Shown here in pieces: positions 27,313 through 38,323 of a stretch of DNA of 64,000 nucleotides (within the stretch, counting starts at the first letter, position 1; the number at the start of each line of letters is the position of its first letter). Made by a program: the position numbers and the translations under genes. The notes below the pieces were generated by a model. The model worked only from the letters and a program-made list of their open reading frames with translations, was not told where the DNA came from and did not search any database. Source of the stretch: the human T2T-CHM13v2.0 reference genome, Homo sapiens; assembly GCF_009914755.1 (NCBI RefSeq), contig NC_060929.1; one strand, 5' to 3'.

Positions 27313-28892
27313 TCTGTTCCAAGCAAGATTAGATTAAAATAAGCATATAGGGCAGGCTTTGAGGGGGCAAAGTACTTAAGGTGCTCTGGTCTACCTGAGG
27401 AGTTGTTTTAAGGGGCCGCAAGAAAAGCCAGCCTCTTGCTGAGTGTATAGGAGGCTCAGGTGAGGGGAGCCCCAGAGGGTCACCCCACTCTTGCGCACTC
27501 TCCCCCACGTCATCCCCTCCTCCTACTAGCAGATAGCAGAAGCCAGCAGCCTGGCTGTGCCCCAGGCCTGGCTCTGGTCAGGAAGAGGGGATCTTTTGTG
27601 AGTTTCTGGCCTGGTCTCCATTAACACCAATTAGCGTTTCTGCCTGCTTGGAGCTGCAGGGCCGACAGGCTTCTGTGATCCTGGTGGCTGGAGGTTCTGG
27701 CCTAGAAATGCTCAGGATGTGGGACAGAAGTCAGAGAGTCTGAGGGGAGGGACTTTGTCATTGAATGGAGAGGAAATGGGGTTTCACAGAGGCTCCCTGG
27801 GGCCCAGCAGCCTGGAGGACAGGGTTCTCTGGGGCCAAAGAGAAAGAAGAGAAAAAGACATCTAGGACTGCCTCCACCCCACCCCCGCATATCCCACTGT
27901 GTCTTGGCTAGGAAATTGGGGACTGGTTGTTGAGAGAGGAGGAGAAGTTCAAGAGTGGGCTCTGACATTCCTGGGCTTGCGCACCACTCTAGGATGAGTT
28001 CTTCTAGGAGCTTGGCTATCTAGAGTTGTGAGTGCCTTACTTCACCTTAAAGCAAGCCCAGAAAATTGGCCTCTGATTCCTCAGTAATCTAGGATTTGTG
28101 GCTGGCCATGGGTAAGCTTGAATAAATGGTATCAAATTAGCAGACTGAGTCCTTAGGAAGAGCTGGGAAGGGGACTGCCAGGAAAGCCTTGTCACCCCTT
28201 TATGAGGCTGTCTTTGGCCTTCTGGATGGATGTGGGTGAGAGATCCCTGAGTCCCTGTGGCCTGGGGAATGGCCCATGTCCACCTGCCCTAGATCTTTCT
28301 TGTCTGCGTGTTCCCTTAACTCTCCTCCCTTATCCTCTGGCTCCCTTCGTGTTGTCCCCTCCATCTGTCCTTTTTGTCCAGTTGTGGGCTTCTTCTTGTT
28401 CTTCCCTCTCCATTGAGCCTGCTTAGCCGGCCAGCCCTCCAGCAGGGGTGATCATCCGTTTTCACATTTCCAGTGCTTACTTGGACTGGACCACTCACCT
28501 TGCTCCTGCTTCTTGCAGGAGGGCTGTCTCCCATGTTGTCTGAACAGCCAGTAGCTACAGATGTCCAGGAGCTGGTGAATATCACCCTTTGCCTGGCTCC
28601 AGCTCCACCTGGTTGCCCAGATCTTCTTCAGTGACCCACCCAGGTGCCCCAGGGTTTTCCAGAACCCCATCACTATAGATTCAAGAACATCACTTCACCT
28701 TTCAAACACAGAACTTACTGCCTACCTCTCCCCTACTCGCTACTGGGGCCTTTCTGAGCAATGCATGAAGGGACGGGGAAGTGGTGTCCACAGTAGGAAG
28801 GACCCAGGCCCAAGCCAAATTTTCTCTTTTCTAACCTCTGGCCCCGCTTCTCTTCCTTGCAGTCTCCACTCTCTTCTTGGGAGCTTCTCCAA

Positions 28893-28906
28893 GTTTCCAT
28901 GGCAAC
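28893..28906. promoter_or_regulatory. RFX X-box motif
   Basis: GTTTCCATGGCAAC, a canonical 14-bp X-box match. Confidence 0.6.
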
Positions 28907-29587
28907 CACTACTTCCTGGCCCCAAATCCCTAGGACATGGACAATTTCAAGGTCAGACAGAGGCCTGAAGGGTGATAGAGGCCTTATATTGACTTCCCAG
29001 GCCCCTTCTCTGTTGCTGCAGGATTCCTAAACCTAGATGACAAATGATCATTTCTTTCTGTATTGAAAAAAAGAAATTCACCATCTCCAAAGCCTCTCTT
29101 ATGAGAGGCAGGTACTGCTGCCCCCTCTTCCTTTCTAAGTCTCTTCTCTCTACTTCTTGGCCTTATCTGAGCTTAGGCTAAAGCCCCAGGATACACCCCA
29201 GTCAGAAAGAGGCTCAGGCCCAGTTGGGCAGGGCATGCTATGGCCATGAAACAGATACCTCATCAGCTTTCACTACGTTGTCTACTTCGGGTCCCCTGGG
29301 CTGTGGGAGGCATGGGAGAGGGGCAGGGGACATTGCTGTGCTCTGTGGCAGGACCTGAGAAAGGTGCTTAGATGCCGATATACTAAGGTGTTTTTCTGCA
29401 GCCTGGACAACCTGTGAGGTTTTCCTGTCTGCCTTTTGAGTTGAGATCGGATGTCCTGGGCTCTGACTGCACATCAGCCACTAATATTAATGCAGATGGA
29501 ATCGGAGCATTTAGACAAATACGTAGCTCCCATTTCCTGAATAGTTAGTGAGAGTCACTCAAGCATCATAACCTTGATGGAGAGAGC

Positions 29588-29716
29588 TACAATTATCCCC
29601 ATTTTACAGATGAGGAAATGCAGGCTCAGAGTGGTTGAGTACTTGCCCAAGAACAAACAGCAAGAATGGCGTGGAGCTGGGATTTGAATCCAAATGTCCA
29701 GAGCTCCTGCTCTTAA
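29588..29716 (-). mobile_element. MIR SINE
   Basis: ccccattttacagatgaggaaatgcaggctcagag...gggatttgaatcc. Confidence 0.85.
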
Positions 29717-31157
29717 ATGTTGCAAAATACTTCATAGGCAGGACTCTTGCCACTTCCCGCAGCTCAACTCAGTGCTTTAGCTGGGTGTTGTCACCACTGG
29801 GGCTCTGAGGCCAGAAAGCTAGAGTCATGAGAGGCCAGGAGCTCTAAGGCCTGTCTCAAGGGACCTGCTAGTGTCAGGGCTCTGGGGCTGGGAAGGAGCT
29901 TTGAGAGGCTTTCTCTCCACCTGATGGCCACCCATACCCACCCTGTCATTGGGGGCTGACAGGAGCTGCTTTGCCAACAAAGGTGTCCCTGAAGCTTTCT
30001 GCGAGCTCGTCACATACCTCTCCCAGGCAGGGAGTCACTGGGCTTGACTCTGCCTTTCTAGCAGGTGCTGCTGCCACTCAGGGCTTCCTGAGGAGGAGGA
30101 GTCCTCCCAGGGCCTGCCTCATGCTCCCATAGCTTGAGATACACAGTCAGCATGTTCCTGCCTTCCCCCCAGCCCTTTGAAGCTGGGGTCACTAAGCTCT
30201 GGAGAAATAGCTCCCCACACCTAGCAGATAGAGCCTGGACTACCCGGTGTTGTGACAAGCTGGAGAACCTCCAACTGGCACTGAGGCCCTCTGTCATCTA
30301 GATCTCCCTTCCTTACACAGCTGCTAGCATGGGTTCCTTCCATCAGACTGGTCCCATGAACTGGCCCCTGGGCCTTTGCTGTACATGTTGATTTCATGCC
30401 TCTCCTTTTCTCTCCCCTTCTCCCCTCTCTCTTCTCTGTTTGTCCAAATCCTGCCCACATAGGAAGGTTGAGCTCCACTCTCACCTCCCCCAGGGAGCCT
30501 CTCTGGACTACTCCAGCCTACAATAAGAGCTCCTTCCTCTGAGCTTTCACAGCTCACAGAATATAACTAAATTCTATGGTATCTCTCATCATATATTAGT
30601 CTTGTTTTTCCAATTAGTCCATCAGTCCCTTGAGGGCAGGAAACCACAGGTGACCCCTTTTTGCCTCTCCCAGTGCACTTAGAGAAGGGTTGGGCTTTCT
30701 TGGAACTCATCCATGACTGGTTGGCTAATTGGAATCTGCTGAACTCTATTCAGGGCCTGGCATGTATGTGTACACTGTATATAGATTTCATGTGTCTGTG
30801 TGTACCCTTGATTTACATGTTTGCACACATATGTAAGGTATCTGTGCTCATGCATGTGAATTATGGTTCATGTATGGCACTATGTGAATAAATGGTTTAA
30901 TTAATTCAACAGGCATTTATTGAGATCCTGTCACAGCTGGGCACTGTGCCAGGTGCTGGGGATATGATGGTGAGTAAGAAATGGACAGCCCTAGCCCCTC
31001 AGAGCTGGGAAGAGAGACCATTAAAGAAGTGATAATAATAAGTGAGCTAAGTGCCATGATGGGGGAGCACATGCCAGATGCCCTGACTTTAACCAGTCTA
31101 GGGAGACAGATCAGGGAAGAACTCATGGAGAAAGGAAAAGTTGGCAAAGACTTAGTC

Positions 31158-31686
31158 TGTTGAGGGTTAAATTGTGTCCCACCCCCTCCAAAATACATTC
31201 AAGTCCCAACTCCCAGTACCTGTCAATGTGACCTTATATAGAAATAGGGTCTTTGCAGATGTCATCAAGTTAAGATGAAGTCACACTGGATTAGTGTGCA
31301 CCCTAATTGAAAGACTCTGGTGTCCTTCTAAGAAGAGGGGACACAGACACAGACACAGGAAGAATGCTATGTGACCACAGAGGTAAGATTGGGGTGATGT
31401 GTCTACAAACCAAGGATTGCAGCCACCGGAAGCTCTTGAGGGCGGGAGACCACAGTTGACTGCCTTTTGCCCCTCCTAGTGCACTCAGACAAGGGTAAGA
31501 ACCTTTCTGGCACTCAGAGAGAGACATGGAACAGATTTTCTCTCTGAGCCTCCAGGAAGTAACCAATCCTGCTGACACCTTGATTTCAGACTTCTGGCCT
31601 CCAGAAGTGTGAGAGAATAAATTTCTGCTGTTTTAAAGCCACCCAGTCTGTAGTAATTTTTATGGCAACCCCGGGTACCTCATATA
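31158..31686 (+). mobile_element. MLT1B-like solo LTR carrying an ~80-bp foreign insert
   Basis: tgttgagggttaaattgtgtccc...gaaatagggtctttgcagatg...gacaccttgatttcagacttctggcctccagaa...aataaatttctg; insert at ~31435-31516. Confidence 0.9.
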
Positions 31687-31859
31687 GAAGCTTACTAAGA
31701 ATCCACCATGTGAGGAAAAGAAGGGAAGAATGATTCCATCATAGGGAACAGATTACACAAAGGCAAGGGGGAGTTAGAGGCCATGGCAGAGAGAAATGAA
31801 AAGTTTAGTGGGGTTGGAATATTCCCTAGGAGGTGGGAATGGGGGGTTACATTTTAGAG

Positions 31860-32075
31860 CATGTATGTGTGTCCATATGGTTTGCATGACTGTGATTATA
31901 TGTATGTGAAGTTTATACATGCATGTGCTTTTCGGAGTTTTGCATGTTTCAGCCTGTTTTTATGATTCATGTGTTTCTGTATGCTCTTGCATGATTTGTG
32001 TGTGTGTCCTGACCTGTGAGCATGTGTGCCTTGCATGTCAGTGCATGCATGTGCACAGTCTACAGGTGTGTGCAT
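31860..32075. repeat. Degenerate TG/CATG-rich low-complexity tract
   Basis: atgtatgtgtgtcc...gcatgtgc...tgtgtgtgtgtcc. Confidence 0.65.
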
Positions 32076-34669
32076 TGAACCCAAAGAAGTTGGTCTATGG
32101 TTGGTCACAGGAAGATTTGAAGCCAGGCAGAGCCCTGTTTCCTCATCTATGTGGTTGGGGCTCACTGTAAATGGCAAAAACTTGGTCAGACTGTGCAATG
32201 ACTCAGGTAGACACCAGGAGCTCAGAGCTCATCTGTCTTGATTCAAGAAGATCAAAGCAGAGTGGATGATGCCTTGACTGCATTGGTTAGCAAGAGGCAT
32301 GTGTGGTACAGAACCACTGAGTCCTTGTGTTTGACAGCTGGAGGTGGCCTTGGAGATTGTTCTGATTCCTCTTGCACCTCAGCCCAGCCCCACTGGCACT
32401 ACTCCTGGGGAGTGCCCAAACTCAGTGCATCTTCCCAGAGAACATCTTCTTGGTAGAGTCCCACTCCCTGGGCAAGTTTTACAGTGGAGGGCAGGAATCA
32501 GGAAGGACACCCCTATCCCAGGCCCTCTTGATGGGATGTGCAAAGGGTTGGGTATATGCATCTTTTTTTCTGAGGAGATTACAGCCAGATAATCCATGAC
32601 CCAAGAAATCTAAGAACCACTTCTCTAGTCTAGGCTGACATTGAGAGTGTGAGCGTGTGCATGATATGTGCAGGTGTGTGCAAGCATGCGGAACTCCCAA
32701 CCTGTTTTCTCTCTGAGAATATGGTTGGATCAGGATGTCAAGTGCAGCCCCAGGCCCTACCAGCTGCTGTGTGGTCAGATTGCAGGGGCTGTCCTTGACA
32801 AGGCTGGCAGAACAGACAGAGCCAGTGTTAAGGACAAAAAGGGAGGGGCAGAGGCTGCAGCTCTGTAGGGAGGGCTGGCTTGTAACCTGAAGGAGCTCAT
32901 CGAGATCAGCTCCCTGATCATCCCCATCCCTTATATGATTCACATTGAGGATGAAGCCTTGGAGGTGGAGCCAGGATGGGTGTGTGGGCAGGGATGGGAC
33001 CATAGGTTGCACAAGGAGCATTGTGAAGTTCCTGTGTAACAGGAATTGAGGCTGTTCAGGACCTTGGTCAGCACCCCTGGGTTCCCGCAGCACCAGTTTC
33101 TCTGCCTGTTTCCAGCCTGCCCTATTTCAATGCCTCTGGCTATGATGGAGATGCTGAGTACAGTGAACCTACATATAAAGTTCAGGATATAGTTGAGGGC
33201 CTTGTCAGGGCTACAGGAATTTTTGAGAGACTGGATGTGAAAAAGGAGGGTCTCTCACATGGGAGACTCAGTGAGGGGATACTGAGCCCCAAAAGAATGA
33301 AAAGAGAGGATCTTCCAGAGGTCAGGGTGGGCGGTGGTGGGGGGGAGGCTTGATGTGGGAGCCCTTGGCTTCAGACTCATCCAGTGGGAAGGAAGAGGAA
33401 GAGCATCCTGGTGAGGAAGGGGAGGAAGATTCTCCAGCTCGGGTTGTGTTTCTCTTTCCTCTTCTCTCAGGCACTGGGACGAGACAGCCTGAGCCTTACC
33501 ACCCTTGCCCAACCAAACTCTCTCCGGCTGTGGGCTCCCCAAACATTCCAGGATCAGAGGCTTCCCTGAGGCTATTCTCTGAGACTTGTCCCATGTCCCT
33601 TCCTTCTGCTGTCCCACTCCCTTCCTTTCCTGGCACCATCACAGCCCTGCCCTTTGCACCCCTGTCCTAACTGGTAGGACTTTGCTGCTGCCATCCTCTG
33701 GCTCCCAGACATGATGGCTCTTTTCCTTCCAAAGAAATTTTTACAAGCAATTAATTAACCTCATCAGATCCTTTCTGTGGGTCCCAGTGCTAGGAGGGAG
33801 GCAGGAGAAGTGCCTTGTCCCCTGAGGCCAGTCAAGTGGATATGTGGCTACCTAGGCAGCTGCTGGGAGGATTCTATCTCAGGCAGCCACCTTTTACTCA
33901 CTCTGGAGCCAGCAGTGTGGGCCCAGGTCCTGGGAGAAGTGAGGTTCACCCTGTCTGCTCGCAGCCCTGGCTTAGTCTCCAAACTGCCTTCCTTATTGGC
34001 TCCCTCCAACTTCCCTTTCCTCCTAGTTCTCCCCCAGGCAACTTCTGGGATCAAAGGTTGCATGCAAAGTACAGGGAAGGAATGCAGGTAAGTGTAAAGG
34101 AGCATGACCTCAGGTAGCAGTGATAACCTTTCCCCTGCATGCTGGGCCTGCCATTTTGGTGTAGCAAATGGCATGGAAATACAGGCAAATGCATAGTGTC
34201 TGCATGCAAATTGGCCCAGACATCCTGGCCACTTCCCTGGCAGCATGCAGCCCCTTGGTGTACCTGCAGGGTCTGATCTCCTGTGACCCTGAGGAGTGGT
34301 TCCTCAAATGCTCGGGCACTGGTGAGGGGAACACTGGGCCTACCTCAGCTGGTCCTGATGCCTGTGGATGAGACCCCTTCCTTCCACTCTGAGATCCCAG
34401 CTAGGCCCTGGGGTTTACTTAGTGTGTGACAGCGGGGGAGAGGCTGGGGCTGAGAAGAAAGGCAGAGGGAAGAGAGACAAAGTGGTGCATTGATTGTGCA
34501 GCTATCAATGCTGGGCTCTGAGCTAGACATACAAGTTAACTCATGTTCTTCTGACACCCCAAGAAGTTCTTAAAGAACCTGAGGTTTAATGAAATGCAGC
34601 AACTGGCTCAAGATCTCACATTGAGTAACTTGTGAAGCCAGAACTAGACCAAGATTTTTATTATCTGAG

Positions 34670-35215
34670 CAAAATTAAAATGTAAATCAGATAGTGCCAT
34701 CCTCTGCCCAAATCACTCTCATGGCTTCCCAGTGCTTTTAGCAAGAAATTCTCTTCCTTTCCACGGCCAGCAAGACCATGTCCCTTTCCTCCACCTCATT
34801 TCTCACTCTGCCTCAGCACCAGGCCTTTTTATGTTCCTCTAGCACATGTGCTCATTCTCTTCTTAAAGCTCTTGCACTTGCTGATCTGCCTGCTTGGAAA
34901 CCTCTTCCTCCAAATCTTTATAGAATGGCTTATTCTCATTCTTCAGGTCAAACTCCACCTCTCAGAAGGCCTTCCCTGACTGTCCAGGCAATAGCAGCCT
35001 CCCTCCTTCCCTCTCTACCCCTTCTTCCCAATTTATTTTCTTCACAGTACTTAACAGCATCCGAAGTTATTTATCTGTTCACTTGTTCATTATCTGTTTT
35101 GCCCACTAGAACATGAGCTCCTTCAGGGTACAAACTGTGTCTCTTTGGTTCACCATTGTATTCCCAGGGCCTGGTGCTTAATAAGTGCTCAATAAATGTT
35201 TGATGAATGAATGAC
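34670..35215 (+). mobile_element. LINE-2 (L2a-like) 3' fragment
   Basis: aaaatgtaaatcagat...ctagaacatgagctccttcaggg...taagtgctcaataaatgtttgatgaatgaatga. Confidence 0.85.
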
Positions 35216-36551
35216 TTCAGAAAAGCTTCACTAGACCCCAAGGGGGCAGTGAGAGGAAGGAGGACAGGCTGGGTAGAGCAGTCAGCTGCTGGGCTGCAGA
35301 CCACATTGAGGCCTGACCACTGAGGCTCTGGGGTTCATCGGAGAGAGTCCATCTGCCCAGCTGTCATTCTGATCATGAGGTGGCCTGGCCTCCCTTCCAG
35401 CACAGCGAACACGTGTGAACACATTTCTTCAGACTTCGAGTGAAGCCAAGTGAAAGGGACAAGGCTGCCTGGTGTTCCTGGACCAGAGATGTATGCCTTT
35501 GGGCTCCCTACATGTTCCCAGCCTTTCTTTATTTTGGGTGAGGTTTACGGTGGCTCTGCAGCCCACCCTGCCTGCCCCCAGGGTTGCAGCAGGCATTGCC
35601 TGGCAGGGAGAGACTGCTGCTCAAAGAACCCGATCTTTTGCATTCACTGACATTCTTGGATTTGGCATTTACAACCTCAGGGCTCTATTCCGAGGAGGCC
35701 TTTTGCATTTGATGTAAATATTATGGTGATGAGAGGTGACACTGAGAATACCCTGTAGGAAATGTAAATCCACCCCCACCAGGCTGGGAGCCTCTCCCCA
35801 CTGCTGCTTTGGGTTGTTATTCAGGGGACTGATTCCTTCCAGTTCTTGAGTTAACCCACAAGAGCCCGCTTCACGTGTAGGCAGCAGGGTCTAGGAGTAG
35901 TACATTAGTTATTTCTCTAATTTGCAGAGGCACATTCATCCATCAATGTGGGATGCAGTGGCAGGGCCAAATGGCCCTGCAGCCATTCATTAAGAGGAGG
36001 GATGTCTCCTCCAAGAGGAGGCTTGGGCAGTTAGCTCTGGAGGGGTGGGGTTGGGGGATCAAAGCTAGTAATGGGCACTGTATTCCCAGAAGTCAGCTAC
36101 TCTCCCAGCTACTTCCTCATTGACTCCCGGTTTCTACTTGTCTCCCAACAGAGTTTAGCCCTGGATCTGTGTGTCACTCTAAGCACTGGGGACCACTTTC
36201 AGCTGCAGTGCCCCTTGGTGCCACAATTTTACTCTCTTCCCAAACTCCCAGGGAAATGATGTTTATAATCCCCACTGGCAATCATGGTGGGGTTCTGGGA
36301 CTGGAGCAGCTGTGCCAAGATGGTTTGCAGGATCAAGGAAAGAGGTAACATCTTTACAATAGTATCTCTTTGATACGCTGTGTGGCTGGGGACAAGTGAC
36401 TGAATCTCTCTGAGCTTTGGTTTCTATATCCTTCAAATAGGGAAGATAATACCTATGTCATATATGAGGATTACATCGGGTTATGTGAGCGCATGTAAGG
36501 GGCCTAACACAGGACTTGACATGCAGTGACTGCTCAAGAAGTAGGGGCAGG

Positions 36552-36863
36552 TTTTGTTGTTGTTGTTGTTTTGTTTTGTTTTGAGATGGAGTCTCACTGT
36601 GTCACCAGGCTGGAGTGCAGTGGTATGATCTCGGCTCACTGCAACCTCCACCTCCTAGTTCAAGCGATTCTACTGCCTCAGCCTCCTGAGTAGCTGGGAC
36701 TACAAGTGTGCACCACCATGCCCAGCTAAATTTTTGTATTTTTAGTAGAGACGGGGTTTCACCATGTTGGCCAGGATGGTCTCGATCTCTTGACCTTGTG
36801 ATCTGCCCGCCTCGGCCTCCCAAAGTGCCAAGGGATTACAGGCATGAACCACCGAGCCCGGCT
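36552..36863 (-). mobile_element. AluSc
   Basis: ggccaggatggtctcgatctcttgaccttgtgatc; TSD gtaggggcag. Confidence 0.93.
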
Positions 36864-37145
36864 GACGTAGGGGCAGTTATTATTAGGTACAGAGGGCTTG
36901 TGAGACATAATGCAGACCAAGGGGCAGATGCTGGCTTGCAAGCCCAGAATTTACACCTTTTTTCCCTAGTTGTGCCATGAACATAATATCTACAGTGACC
37001 AGTCATTCAATCAATAAGCATTGATTATTTGGATGTGTAATGAGTGTTTATTATTATCATCAGTAAGCTGGTATAGCATAGAGCTCAGATTCTGGAGTCA
37101 GAGAAACACAGTTCAACTCTCAGCTTGGCTACTAAATATTGGACT

Positions 37146-37488
37146 TTTCTTTTTTTTCTTTTTTTTTTTTTTTAGACAGTGTCTCACTCTGTCACTCAGG
37201 GTGGAGTGGTAAGCAGCACAATCACAGGTCACTGCAGCCTCGACTTCTCTAGCTCAGGTGATCTTCCCAGCTCAGCCTCCTGAATAGGTAGGACCACAGG
37301 CACATGTCACCATACCCAGCTAATTTTTTGTGTTTTTTGTTTTGTTTTGTTTTTGTTTGTTTGTTTTTTGTAGAGATGGGGTCTTGCCATGTTGCCCAGG
37401 CTGGTTTTGAACTCTTGGACTCAAGCAATCCACCCTCTTCGGTCTCCCAAATTGTTGGGATTTCAGGCGTGAGCTACCATGCTCAGGC
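37146..37488 (-). mobile_element. AluJ
   Basis: cactgcagcctcgacttc...gttgcccaggctggttttgaactcttggactcaagcaatcc. Confidence 0.9.
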
Positions 37489-37503
37489 ACTGGACTTTGT
37501 TCA

Positions 37504-37929
<426 letters not shown>

Positions 37930-37979
37930 TTGTGAGGTGTAAGAGGAGACTCTGGATTTGAAATAAAAGATCTGGGTTT

Positions 37980-38323
<344 letters not shown>

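Noticed and set aside
28499-34330. By-eye protein resemblances of the exon-like segments (ABCA1/ABCA4 first extracellular domain, GREB1 C-terminus, calpain, stereocilin, TSP1 repeat)
   Set aside because: Each is a short, gapped, low-identity match. Several unrelated families fit equally well and imply conflicting strands or orders, so none is supportable without a profile search
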